Virus record (IMG/VR): IMGVR_UViG_3300043443_000209
Coordinates: 1-63,968 of that record
Source of the DNA: a virus
Taxonomy: Duplodnaviria; Caudoviricetes
Reading direction: 5' to 3' (one strand)
DNA: 63,968 bases
The position numbers and the translations under genes are program-made. Under the pieces are notes generated by a model, which had not been told where the DNA came from, searched no databases, and saw only the letters and a list, made by a program, of their open reading frames with translations. This document shows, piece by piece, positions 20,246-29,543 of this stretch (position 1 is the first letter of the stretch; each line of letters starts with the position of its first letter).

Positions 20246-20542
20246 ATGAGTTTGACAACCAACGCAGGAACACAGTACTACGGAATATCTTGTAATGTTC
20301 CGTCGGCCTCTGGTATTAATATTAATAGCAATGCTGGTACTAGGTATTATTACCTATCGACAAATGACTATATTTTATGGGGGCAGGAAAATGCCATGTC
20401 ACACCCAACAACCAACATATCAACACAGTATCGTTTCTTACAATGTGATGTTTTAAGCGAATCAGGTCTTAATTTGACAACCAACGCAGGAACGAAGTAT
20501 TACTATAATTCGGCGTTTAACTGTGTAAGTTTTTGTGATTAA
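20246..20542 (+). CDS. Small repeat protein (TTNAGTxYY repeats), opposite strand to its neighbours
   Basis: 98-aa ORF filling the gp13-gp20 gap; duplicated halves; DNA repeat tttgacaaccaacgcaggaac at 20251 and 20473; TAAATA upstream. Confidence 0.7.
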   Translation: MSLTTNAGTQYYGISCNVPSASGININSNAGTRYYYLSTNDYILWGQENAMSHPTTNISTQYRFLQCDVLSESGLNLTTNAGTKYYYNSAFNCVSFCD

Positions 20543-22381
20543 TTAGGCAGGTTGTTCTGGGGGAACAATCGGAGCTTCAGGGGCTACGCCAGCATTAGGT
20601 GGTGGATTTTGTTCCACCCCAACACCCTCTGTAGCGTCTCCTGCACCGAATTCAGGAGGAAGGCCACCACTTGAAGGGACTCCACCGCCAGCACCACCGC
20701 CAAGACCACCCATGTCTCCCGCAGCACCAGCAGCACCAGCATTTGCTTGGGCAATGATTTGTTCTTTCCAGTTAGGACCAAGTGCCATGATCTGTTGAAG
20801 TTCCCACTCCAATTCAGCGTCTTTGCGTCTTAATTCTCTATCGGCAAGAATATCTTTATCCTTCCAACCCATAACCTTTTTCTTAGCATATGTATCAGAA
20901 ACCTTCTGAGTAGACATTAAATTGTTATAAGCATTAACCTTAAGCTCAAGCTTTTGGTTGTTTCTCATATCATAGAAGTTGGATGGGGGATTGAACTGAA
21001 CAATAATATTTTGTTCAGTCAAATCATACTCATCGAACATTCTGCGAAGTTTAAGGTGAGTTATAAATCCTCTCTTAAGACCAGCAGCAAACTTTTTCTG
21101 CTGTCTCATAATCATGGTAGCAAACTTCAACTCTTCTCTTAGAATGTCGGTTCCGTCCCTATAAGAATCTTCTGGGTCTAATCTTGATGTTGGAACATTT
21201 AATGATCTATAAAGTTTCTTAATAAAGAACATTAAATCATGAAGTTCTCCAAGACCCGGAGTTCCCCCGATTTCATCAACAGTAGTGGGTTCTTGTCCTT
21301 GTCTCTTGGCAAACCAGTAGGAGTCAAGAGTTGATTGGGGGCTATACTTTTTGACAATATCACCCTGATCGGCATCAAAGGTCTTAGTAGACCAGTATTG
21401 AGCCTGTAGCTTTCTCAGATAAGCTTCCGCTTGGGGAACAGGCAAACTACCCACATCAACATTGAATACGAATCTAAGGGGAGCATGAACCATTCTGTGA
21501 ATAACCACAGCATCCTCAATCATGGACAATTGGCGATAAGCTCTTCTACAATTTTCGATGAAGGGAATGACAAATTCCTTGGTATCGTTATAAGAAGCAT
21601 TGTTTACATAAACCACTTGATTTTCTTCAAATGGAATGGGTTCATACTTAATAACTCTTTTTGGATCGTTTTGGTCAAAGATTGGCTTATTATAAATAAA
21701 CCCTTTAACAATCATGTTTTGAATATTGGAATAAACTGGATCAATTAAGTCCGCAGGAATATTAATAATACCAAGAACACCCTCATTGGTATACTCTTCA
21801 TGAATAATTTGTTCAAAGAATAATTCCCCTTCTGTCAAAAATTGTCTAAAATATTGCCACCCGTTATCCTCAAAATTATAATGTTCAACATACTTATACC
21901 ACTCTTCTTCAATCTCCCTTTTCTTGTCAGACTCTAATGTGGTGTTCTTAAATTTTAAAAGAGCAACCTCACCATTCTCATCCACATTAATAGTCTCATC
22001 ACAGATTTCGTCTAGGGCATTGGCAATTTCCGAGAATGCTGCCATCGTTCTATAGTCCCTAAGTCTTCCGGGCTTGTCCTCAGAAGCTGTGGCATACATA
22101 ACATCACCGAAGGTCTTGTCTCTCTCAATGGCAGAGAATGCGGTGTTGTTATATGGGTTACTTAAAGTTATAGAGTTCTTAGCTAGTGCTTCAGGTCTAC
22201 GCATTCCCACCTTTTGGAAATACTTATACTTGGTATTTTTGGCCTCATCAGAGTCTAAAACACTGTAATTATAAGGAATACGTTCCTTTAAGTATGATTT
22301 CATTGTTCTATCATACATTCCCGATTTACCATCGCCTGTGGTATTAGCCCTGTTTGCGGGATTATTTATTATACCTGCCAT
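20543..22381 (-). CDS. gp20: Portal vertex protein (gp20-like)
   Basis: YRTMA..EI..ALDEI.DE, QLSMIEDAVVIHRMVHAPLRFVFNVDVGSLP..AE.YL, DSYWFAKR.G, KLYRSLNVP.SR, ILREELKF. Start moved to MAGII. Confidence 0.96.
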   Translation of the reverse strand: MAGIINNPANRANTTGDGKSGMYDRTMKSYLKERIPYNYSVLDSDEAKNTKYKYFQKVGMRRPEALAKNSITLSNPYNNTAFSAIERDKTFGDVMYATASEDKPGRLRDYRTMAAFSEIANALDEICDETINVDENGEVALLKFKNTTLESDKKREIEEEWYKYVEHYNFEDNGWQYFRQFLTEGELFFEQIIHEEYTNEGVLGIINIPADLIDPVYSNIQNMIVKGFIYNKPIFDQNDPKRVIKYEPIPFEENQVVYVNNASYNDTKEFVIPFIENCRRAYRQLSMIEDAVVIHRMVHAPLRFVFNVDVGSLPVPQAEAYLRKLQAQYWSTKTFDADQGDIVKKYSPQSTLDSYWFAKRQGQEPTTVDEIGGTPGLGELHDLMFFIKKLYRSLNVPTSRLDPEDSYRDGTDILREELKFATMIMRQQKKFAAGLKRGFITHLKLRRMFDEYDLTEQNIIVQFNPPSNFYDMRNNQKLELKVNAYNNLMSTQKVSDTYAKKKVMGWKDKDILADRELRRKDAELEWELQQIMALGPNWKEQIIAQANAGAAGAAGDMGGLGGGAGGGVPSSGGLPPEFGAGDATEGVGVEQNPPPNAGVAPEAPIVPPEQPA

Positions 22382-22402
22382 TACTATATTTAGCAATCTT
22401 TA

Positions 22403-23503
22403 TCAAATAACAAGTACCTGTTGCTCTATTTTCGCCCATCCTGCACTATTGGCGGTAACAAATGTGAAGTTACCTGCTGATAAGTAGTCATATTTCATTG
22501 TTATAACGGCAATATTGTCATTATATGTAGAAACCATTGAACTTGGAATTTTATATGCAGAAATAATTGGGGATCTTGCGGTTGTAACCTGTTCAAGATC
22601 CACAGGAATCACCCTCTCACCACTCAGATACCAAATATTATTAAATCCATATCTTTTACCATAGAATGTAAATGTATGGTCTTGTTGGTCTGATATAGTG
22701 GTATCGGAAACCACAGGAACTCCCTTATAGAAGAAATTGGTGAATTCTGGCATTGCAGACACCGAAATTATCTCCATGTTGCCAGATAGATAGGCGAAGT
22801 TGGATAGGGCTGAAAGAGACTGATAAGACTCGTAACCACTTATAGTTGATCCCGAAGAAAGAGTAATGAAGTTATTATTAATAACATAGATGGGAGCAGC
22901 AGGTTCTTGTGCTGGGGGAAACAACCATCCCTTGAGATTGAAAGAGGTATTGCCGATAATTTTATACTTATCACTTTTATCAATTTCTATGGGGGTTTCG
23001 TATTCCACAGAACCAGACCAAGTAACTTCTGTTCTTAACTCGTCCGTGAAATCCAAACCAAATTCGTCTGGAATCTTCCAAGAGATTATAAAGTATGGAT
23101 TACACCAAGGAATGAAATTCGAAACAATCTGGTCAATGTCCTCTTTATACTTTGCGATAATGGACACATTAACATCCATCGTAATCGGAATGGGGGTAGG
23201 GATTTTTATAACAGAACCTCCCGCCCTTTTTGGACGAATTATCTGCTGATCCTTAAATTGAACTCTGGTAGGATCTCTTTTAACATTGGTCTGATCTATG
23301 GCAATGGCAGGTAGGGTAATATTCTTAGCCTGATTAACCATATCGAAGAGAACCCTGTTTTTGGGTCCAAGTATGTATCTAACACCAATCTTTTCCTTTG
23401 GAACGAAGTCTTTGGTATACCTGAACACAAAACACCCATCAAATGCAGCAACGAACTGTGCTAGGGTGTTGTATTGTTCTCTAAAGTATGAGTAGTCTTC
23501 CAC
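22403..23503 (-). CDS. gp15: Tail terminator / sheath stabiliser (gp15-like) with a C-terminal extension
   Basis: QFVAAFD, YILGPK, ITLPAIAI, PTPIPITMDVNVSIIAK..EDIDQIV..FIP, F.LKGWLF. GTG start. Confidence 0.8.
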   Translation of the reverse strand: MEDYSYFREQYNTLAQFVAAFDGCFVFRYTKDFVPKEKIGVRYILGPKNRVLFDMVNQAKNITLPAIAIDQTNVKRDPTRVQFKDQQIIRPKRAGGSVIKIPTPIPITMDVNVSIIAKYKEDIDQIVSNFIPWCNPYFIISWKIPDEFGLDFTDELRTEVTWSGSVEYETPIEIDKSDKYKIIGNTSFNLKGWLFPPAQEPAAPIYVINNNFITLSSGSTISGYESYQSLSALSNFAYLSGNMEIISVSAMPEFTNFFYKGVPVVSDTTISDQQDHTFTFYGKRYGFNNIWYLSGERVIPVDLEQVTTARSPIISAYKIPSSMVSTYNDNIAVITMKYDYLSAGNFTFVTANSAGWAKIEQQVLVI

Positions 23504-23533
23504 ACATTTATTTAGCCCAAGCGGGGATTTTTA

Positions 23534-24817
23534 TCACTCATTAATAAAGCTGAATCCCATACTTCTCTTCTCACTTATATGACTTGCCTTGTTTTCTTCG
23601 GGATTGAAGAGTTCCGCTAGGGTCTTATCCCCCTTGGCAACAATATCATTTCTTCCTAGATAATCTAGGAGTTTTTGACACTCATCTTCCTTCAGCTTGT
23701 CGAACTTGTATTCGTAGTAGAGTCTTCCCTTTCTCATAAGGGCAGCATCAATTTCCCCCACATCACAGTTAAAAGTTGCAATAACTTTAAGTCCCAGAGA
23801 ATCCTTAAGGAAACCGTCTGTCAACCCCAGAAGATTGTTTGTTGCAGAATTTCTATGTGTGGAAAGAACTTCTTCAGCATCTTCGATTAGTAGAATACTA
23901 TTGGCATTCTCCATCATGAAGGTAATAAATCCCGGCGAAGAGATTACTTCCAACATAGATGGCGGAATATAGATGACCTTCTTTTCTGAATTGGTTATCA
24001 GGTGTTTGATGTAGTTAGACTTTCCTGTGCCGGGATCACCGTGTAGAAGCATCAGGTTTTCAGTTTCTCCTGTCACAAACTTCTTTATCTTTTCGTGTGG
24101 AAACTTCGAACCGTAGAACAGATCGAAACGATCATCCTTAACTGGAAGTGCTTTGAAATTTGTTCTCTTCGTAAATAGTCCTTGTCTGTTTTGTGCGATG
24201 ATGAAGAACTTGCTATCTTCTCTTCCAAGGTCTACCAGATTTTTGAAAAGAGTCTTGATGATCTTCTCAATAAATTCACGATTGCTTTTCGTTGGAAGAA
24301 GAGAAATATAAAGATCGTCTGGATCGATTCTTGTTTCACGCATATCATCTTCATCCCCCGGAGAATACTCATCCTTCACTCCTCCAAAATTTTCAATATT
24401 TGATTTTTTGGAATCTTCTGAACAATCACCACTAATCAGAATTCTCTTTTCTTTATGAAAGTATGCATAGCTGTGGTAGGATCTGCGGAAAACTAAGAAA
24501 CCCAAGCTGTCTAGGTATTTTTCAACATCCTTCATCTTAGAAGTTGGAAGTCTCTTATCAACAATTCTCAGAGAGATGTGGGGTGCGCTTCCGAATAAAA
24601 TCTGATATTCCGAAGGATACTCTGGTCTTAGTTCATATTTGGAATACGAAGCACATAGAGCATCTTCGCTTCTATCATACCAATAGAAACTATCTAAATA
24701 TTTTGTTAATCCTTTTTCGGTGTTTTTATTCATATTTTTAATATCGTACTTTTCGTTAAGCTCTTTTGTAACTTCCCTTAGAATTTTATCATAGAAATCT
24801 TCTGGGGTTTTTTTCAT
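23534..24817 (-). CDS. AAA+ ATPase
   Basis: Walker A LHGDPGTGKS, Walker B LLIEDAE, NLLGLTDG, ATFN, IDAALMRKGRL arginine finger. Confidence 0.88.
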   Translation of the reverse strand: MKKTPEDFYDKILREVTKELNEKYDIKNMNKNTEKGLTKYLDSFYWYDRSEDALCASYSKYELRPEYPSEYQILFGSAPHISLRIVDKRLPTSKMKDVEKYLDSLGFLVFRRSYHSYAYFHKEKRILISGDCSEDSKKSNIENFGGVKDEYSPGDEDDMRETRIDPDDLYISLLPTKSNREFIEKIIKTLFKNLVDLGREDSKFFIIAQNRQGLFTKRTNFKALPVKDDRFDLFYGSKFPHEKIKKFVTGETENLMLLHGDPGTGKSNYIKHLITNSEKKVIYIPPSMLEVISSPGFITFMMENANSILLIEDAEEVLSTHRNSATNNLLGLTDGFLKDSLGLKVIATFNCDVGEIDAALMRKGRLYYEYKFDKLKEDECQKLLDYLGRNDIVAKGDKTLAELFNPEENKASHISEKRSMGFSFINE

Positions 24818-26430
24818 TATTCAAACCTTTCGATGAAGTATTTCGGAAGCTTCTTTGTGTTGTCCTTTATAACATCATAAATCGATCCGTCAAGTATATA
24901 TGTCACACATTCGTCATCTAATGATCTAATTCCTCTCCCGCAAGCCTGAATTAATGCACAAAGCATCTTATTTACATACCACTCTCTGTCAATCTCCATC
25001 ATTTTTCCAACCCTTTTATCCTTGGTTGGAAGCCAAGGGGCTTTAAGAACTATCTGAAATTCTGCCAAATCACCCTTCAGGTCAACCCCATAAGTCATGC
25101 TTGGGGACACCAAAACTGTAGGATCTGTTGAATTTTCATGCATCTTAAGTATCTCTTCGTTCTTCACTCCTGCTTCTCTACATAGTAACCTATCATTATC
25201 AACATTATTCCTAATATAATCTGCTATGTATTGTGTATGCGTATGAATAATTCCCTTATGATTTTGGTGGTGTTCAAGTAAATCTTCAACTTGTTCCGCC
25301 AATTTGGGAAGCATAGTGTTTAAATTCTTGTAATTAATTCTCTGTTTAGTATTAATTTTGATGGGTGCTTTTGTGGCATCGAACTCAGTATCAACTTCAA
25401 TATATTCATATTTTTTAATACCCAAACTCTTACAGAAATTTGGAGGATCGATAATTGTTGCAGACATTATAATCACATAATCAGCATGATCGAAAATCTG
25501 TTGTGCCAACACATCAACCTTTAGAGGAGTGAATTTAATCACCTTATCAATTCTTTCGATAATGTATTCGCTATGATAAAAGGTTGCAATAAGAAGTTGA
25601 ATATTTTTCAGTATAGTTGAAAGCTTGGTATAATCCCCCGATACTTTATAAAAGGTAGGCTTACCCTTATGTTCTTTCATCTGTAATTTATGATCCTCAA
25701 TATTTGTAATCAGGTTCAGCATCAGATCATTCAACCATGCCAATACCTTTTTTGGAGATTCTTCCACAGGAAACGACAACATCTTTGTTTTGGTTTTTAC
25801 TAAAAATGCAATATCGATTTCACATGAGAATTGTCCAACAAGTTGTTCTTCCAATTCAGAACCCTCATCACACACAATAATTTTTCTCTGCTTCAAATGT
25901 TCTGGAAGACTGAAGAACATACTATAGTTCAATGTTGAGAATTTCTTTTTCAACATTTCGTTTCTCGCATTATAATAGTAACACTTATTCGATCTACAAC
26001 AATCTGCCTTCAATCCCTGAACATAAACACATGGAGCAACATCAACACTCAATGTTTCATCTAATGCACATTCATAGTTAGATTGACCTTTTAAAATTCC
26101 CGTATTCTTGAATGTAGAGTAATACTGATCTTGAAGGGACTTTGTGATCGTAAGGGTGTAGCACCCAAATCTACCTTGTTCTTCCATAATATCGGGACCA
26201 TCTTCTCCAAAGATAGAATAATTATCAACAGCCTTTATAAACTCATCTGTTGGTTCATTGGTCGAATTCGCCAACGTTTTTGAAATATAAGATTTACCAG
26301 ATCCCGTGGGAGCATTTACTACTATAAATTTTACTCCCTTACTTATAGCTTTCTCAACTTCCTTTAATATTTTTATTTGAGATTTGTTTGGTGTAGCACC
26401 ATCGGGGAAATTTATCAGTAAGTTTGCCAT
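24817..26430 (-). CDS. DinG/XPD-family helicase (Fe-S type)
   Basis: Q motif, APTGSGKS, LQDQY, KG.SNY.C plus a Cys cluster, CDEGS, MSATI, GVDL, QACGRGIRS.DD. Confidence 0.88.
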   Translation of the reverse strand: MANLLINFPDGATPNKSQIKILKEVEKAISKGVKFIVVNAPTGSGKSYISKTLANSTNEPTDEFIKAVDNYSIFGEDGPDIMEEQGRFGCYTLTITKSLQDQYYSTFKNTGILKGQSNYECALDETLSVDVAPCVYVQGLKADCCRSNKCYYYNARNEMLKKKFSTLNYSMFFSLPEHLKQRKIIVCDEGSELEEQLVGQFSCEIDIAFLVKTKTKMLSFPVEESPKKVLAWLNDLMLNLITNIEDHKLQMKEHKGKPTFYKVSGDYTKLSTILKNIQLLIATFYHSEYIIERIDKVIKFTPLKVDVLAQQIFDHADYVIIMSATIIDPPNFCKSLGIKKYEYIEVDTEFDATKAPIKINTKQRINYKNLNTMLPKLAEQVEDLLEHHQNHKGIIHTHTQYIADYIRNNVDNDRLLCREAGVKNEEILKMHENSTDPTVLVSPSMTYGVDLKGDLAEFQIVLKAPWLPTKDKRVGKMMEIDREWYVNKMLCALIQACGRGIRSLDDECVTYILDGSIYDVIKDNTKKLPKYFIERFE

Positions 26431-26436
26431 CAACTA

Positions 26437-26464
26437 AGTATAGTGTATTGGGCAGGGTTGTCAA
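26437..26464 (-). promoter_or_regulatory. Sigma70-type promoter of the helicase/ATPase pair
   Basis: TTGACA-N16-TATACT-N6-ATG on the minus strand. Confidence 0.7.
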
Positions 26465-26808
26465 GACGATAAAGACGATAGGGGGATAATATACAGGTAT
26501 TTTTCGTGAATCTTCGAATTCTTCTCACGGGACACGGTTTTCATCTTCCAGAACACTTCCTCCGTGTTGGGAATGAATGCGGAAAGACAATAATCAAACA
26601 AAAATCCATTTTCCAACCTCTGAACCCTATACGGGTAGGGAATCTCATATTCCTTAATTCCAGAATGTTCTGTCTCTAGCTTAAATTTAATAAAGAATTG
26701 TTTTGTATTAAAAACTTTAATTTTACCCTTGCGTAAGATCTTATTATCGACACGCATCTCGACATTCTTCAACATCAATTCTTTTAACTTATCTTCAATC
26801 TTATACAT
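26461..26808 (-). CDS. Hypothetical protein
   Basis: 115-aa ORF, co-oriented and tightly packed. Confidence 0.7.
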   Translation of the reverse strand: MYKIEDKLKELMLKNVEMRVDNKILRKGKIKVFNTKQFFIKFKLETEHSGIKEYEIPYPYRVQRLENGFLFDYCLSAFIPNTEEVFWKMKTVSREKNSKIHEKYLYIIPLSSLSS

Positions 26809-26841
26809 ATATTAATTACGTGAGAGGTAAAGAAAAATCAA

Positions 26842-27411
26842 CTATCTCCACCCAATAAAACTCATCTTCTGTTCCTGAGACATTTTAGATAGAACATCAT
26901 CATAGTATTTCCAGAAGGTTTCGTCACCGGGAATTACCTGTCGGAGATAACAAGTCATTTTAGATGGTCCCTTGTCCGTATGGGGGGATTCTGGAGTAGA
27001 AATAGATATATTTCTATAACTTTGCATGAAGATATCCCACGCACATGCTAGGTCATGTTTTTGTCTATCTATATTAGTCCCCTTCACAGGAGAAACATAG
27101 TGTAATATGTCTCTGCCCCTATCTGAATTCAGAATAGCATGGGAATTTGTACACAACATTCGCCTCACCTTAAATTTTTCAATCGCCCTTTCTGGTCGTC
27201 TTCGAACAAAAACAATCTCACAAACGTTGTTTTTTAACAGATATTCTAGCTCCATTCTTGAAACTAGTTTTCTGGTTTGTTTAATATTGGACTTATAATT
27301 CTCTACTACTTGAAAAGATTTAACGAACCTATTCCACGCATCTCTAAGATTACCCTTAGCATCAATGGTAATTCTTTCAAATCTTTCCTTCTTTTTATCT
27401 ACGGGTGGCAT
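26842..27411 (-). CDS. WYL_2/DUF2693-like SH3 beta-barrel protein
   Basis: LLKNNVCEIVFVRR...RRMLCT...AWDIFMQSYRNI matches the phage DUF2693 pattern. Confidence 0.6.
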   Translation of the reverse strand: MPPVDKKKERFERITIDAKGNLRDAWNRFVKSFQVVENYKSNIKQTRKLVSRMELEYLLKNNVCEIVFVRRRPERAIEKFKVRRMLCTNSHAILNSDRGRDILHYVSPVKGTNIDRQKHDLACAWDIFMQSYRNISISTPESPHTDKGPSKMTCYLRQVIPGDETFWKYYDDVLSKMSQEQKMSFIGWR

Positions 27412-27423
27412 CAATAATATTTA

Positions 27424-27852
27424 TTAACTATTCTTAGGTTTACAAATTCCAAACATTCTTTGTTCGTTTAAGAAAATTCCTTTATTAACTTTGCCATGAT
27501 TTTCAACCTCAACATTAGTGATTTGAATACCCATATTAGAGGGGAACATTACAATATCTCCAACCTGTGTAAACCGAACATTTGGTCCCTTAAGAATGAC
27601 CCTACCCTTTCTCCACATGTTATTAACCTGTGCGGTAGGGATGAAAATTGCCCCTCTTTGAACGAAATCCTGACCATCCACACTTGCCGCTAGGTCACAG
27701 AATTCAAGCAACATCACATCATCCATTAGGCTTGATAGTAGGTAATCCTCTAATCCGAAATCGGTAGGTAGTCCACCACTAGATAGGTCGATGTGGGATT
27801 TTTGAACTGGAAGGGCTTCAATTGGAACTTTTGGTTGTTCTACAGTATTCAT
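27424..27852 (-). CDS. groES: GroES-like co-chaperonin (functional analogue of T4 gp31)
   Basis: DDVMLLE..., GAIFIP, GRVILKGPNV..TQVGDIVMFP, FLNEQRMFGI. Confidence 0.75.
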   Translation of the reverse strand: MNTVEQPKVPIEALPVQKSHIDLSSGGLPTDFGLEDYLLSSLMDDVMLLEFCDLAASVDGQDFVQRGAIFIPTAQVNNMWRKGRVILKGPNVRFTQVGDIVMFPSNMGIQITNVEVENHGKVNKGIFLNEQRMFGICKPKNS

Positions 27853-27857
27853 ATACC

Positions 27858-28481
27858 CTATTTACTATCAGTCATCGAATATGTCAATACTGCCTTATTA
27901 CTATCTTCTTTGACAGCATTATACAATTCAAAATCTTCCTTATACATACATTTCAGATATTCTATACTTCTTTCACTATATTCAAATGGGACTCTTGGGG
28001 AAGCATTGATTTTTGGAATTTTAATATTTAAGCCTGTCTCTTCATTGAGTTTTTCGATTTCCTGTTCTAAATCATCAAACAATAAAAACTTGTATGGTTT
28101 ATATACCCATAATATTTGTTTAGCAAATACCCAATCAGTATGAACAGGCTTACCATTTATACTATGATAGTGATCCTGTATCTTCATGTAGGATAATGCT
28201 CTAGCATCAAATTCCAGTAGTGATTGAATTAGTTGTTCTGGGTTATTGAGATGGTCGCGCATCTTATTCTTCTCATATCTTTTTAAATAGAAAAACGCAG
28301 ATGTGAATCTATCTACAGGATTCCTAACAACATATATATTCTTCGTCTTATCAAGCCACCAAAACTGAACACCATGTCCACGGTAAATTATATTTGGTTT
28401 ACCAGCCAACGCTTTTTGAAATGACATTCCAGCATTTTTAGGAATGTGTATAAACGAATATTCAACCATTGTAGTATTCAA
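27858..28481 (-). CDS. Sulfotransferase (Sulfotransfer_2 family)
   Basis: PAPS-binding motifs FIHIPKNAGMS and VRNPVDRFTSAFFY; C-terminal Y.EDFELY. Confidence 0.85.
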   Translation of the reverse strand: MNTTMVEYSFIHIPKNAGMSFQKALAGKPNIIYRGHGVQFWWLDKTKNIYVVRNPVDRFTSAFFYLKRYEKNKMRDHLNNPEQLIQSLLEFDARALSYMKIQDHYHSINGKPVHTDWVFAKQILWVYKPYKFLLFDDLEQEIEKLNEETGLNIKIPKINASPRVPFEYSERSIEYLKCMYKEDFELYNAVKEDSNKAVLTYSMTDSK

Positions 28482-28806
28482 ACAATTCCAATTCTCTTCT
28501 GGAGTAAAATTCAGGAACTATGAGAGATTCCTTCTTTTCGTCTTCTCTATTCCTCTTTATGTAATTAACATGTTTCTTCTTCTGAATTGGAATCATGTAT
28601 TCATAAAATCGAAATTGATCTTCTTTACATTTATGAATGTTATCATACATGTTTATCGTATCGTTAATATACGACACCAATTTTCCTTTTTCATAAAAGG
28701 ATAACATCTTTCTCGCCATCCAAGGACTGAATTCCGATAGAAGTTCTCCATCCAATTCCTTCCTTCTTTCCTCAAACATTAGATAATTTGTGGCATTGAA
28801 ACTCAT
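28462..28806 (-). CDS. gp62: Clamp loader small subunit (gp62-like)
   Basis: FSPWMARKMLSF, IN.Y, QFRFYEYMIP..KK...YIK, final S.RE helix. Confidence 0.7.
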   Translation of the reverse strand: MSFNATNYLMFEERRKELDGELLSEFSPWMARKMLSFYEKGKLVSYINDTINMYDNIHKCKEDQFRFYEYMIPIQKKKHVNYIKRNREDEKKESLIVPEFYSRRELELFEYYNG

Positions 28807-29543
28807 ATTTTTATCATTCCATCGTAATATATATCAGAGCAATCCCTATCATGTAGCCATTTACTAGGAACATAAACTTTCTTCTTTGGAACTCCAAGTA
28901 ATGAAGCCCACCAAGAAAATGATGAATTACTACAAACCAGTATCTCATGTTGAGCCAATGCTGTCAAGTCTTTTAATTCAGAATTCGAACTAAAGATATT
29001 AAACTCTCCCTCATTCAAAAATCTATTAACATATTCTGGAGAATCAGTAAAAACATTAATATTATGATCCTTATATTCTCTGAATAATTTTCTAAAGTAT
29101 TCTTCGTTATTACCGAAGATTGTAGGGAATCTTGAATAATCCCCCATTCTAATATGAAATGCAACGGATTTATTTGTGATAAATATTGTGTTGATCTTAG
29201 GAAGAACCAGTTTACTGACGAACTCGTCTTTATAATCCTGAAAGTATTTTAGAGACTGAAAATATCCATTCAATACCACATCTCCATCATAATAGGGTAG
29301 TTCGTTATAATTGAATTCCTTTTCGTCTATGCTATGAACATTCTGCAAAGGTCCATTATGAAATTCGAAATTTTGTAATAGATTATCTGCATAGTTGTTA
29401 GGTTGTTTACCTTGCGATGCAGTCCATTCAGTGACATTGATGAATAATTCCTTTTCATACTTTTTCGAATATGCATATCCCGCAGCTATTTGAAATAACT
29501 GATTTCCAATCCCTCCACATACATTAACATAACATTTACTCAT
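28803..29543 (-). CDS. GT11 alpha-1,2-fucosyltransferase-like glycosyltransferase
   Basis: GGIGNQLFQ, GYFQS, HIRMGDY, NSSFSWWA. Confidence 0.92.
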   Translation of the reverse strand: MSKCYVNVCGGIGNQLFQIAAGYAYSKKYEKELFINVTEWTASQGKQPNNYADNLLQNFEFHNGPLQNVHSIDEKEFNYNELPYYDGDVVLNGYFQSLKYFQDYKDEFVSKLVLPKINTIFITNKSVAFHIRMGDYSRFPTIFGNNEEYFRKLFREYKDHNINVFTDSPEYVNRFLNEGEFNIFSSNSELKDLTALAQHEILVCSNSSFSWWASLLGVPKKKVYVPSKWLHDRDCSDIYYDGMIKI

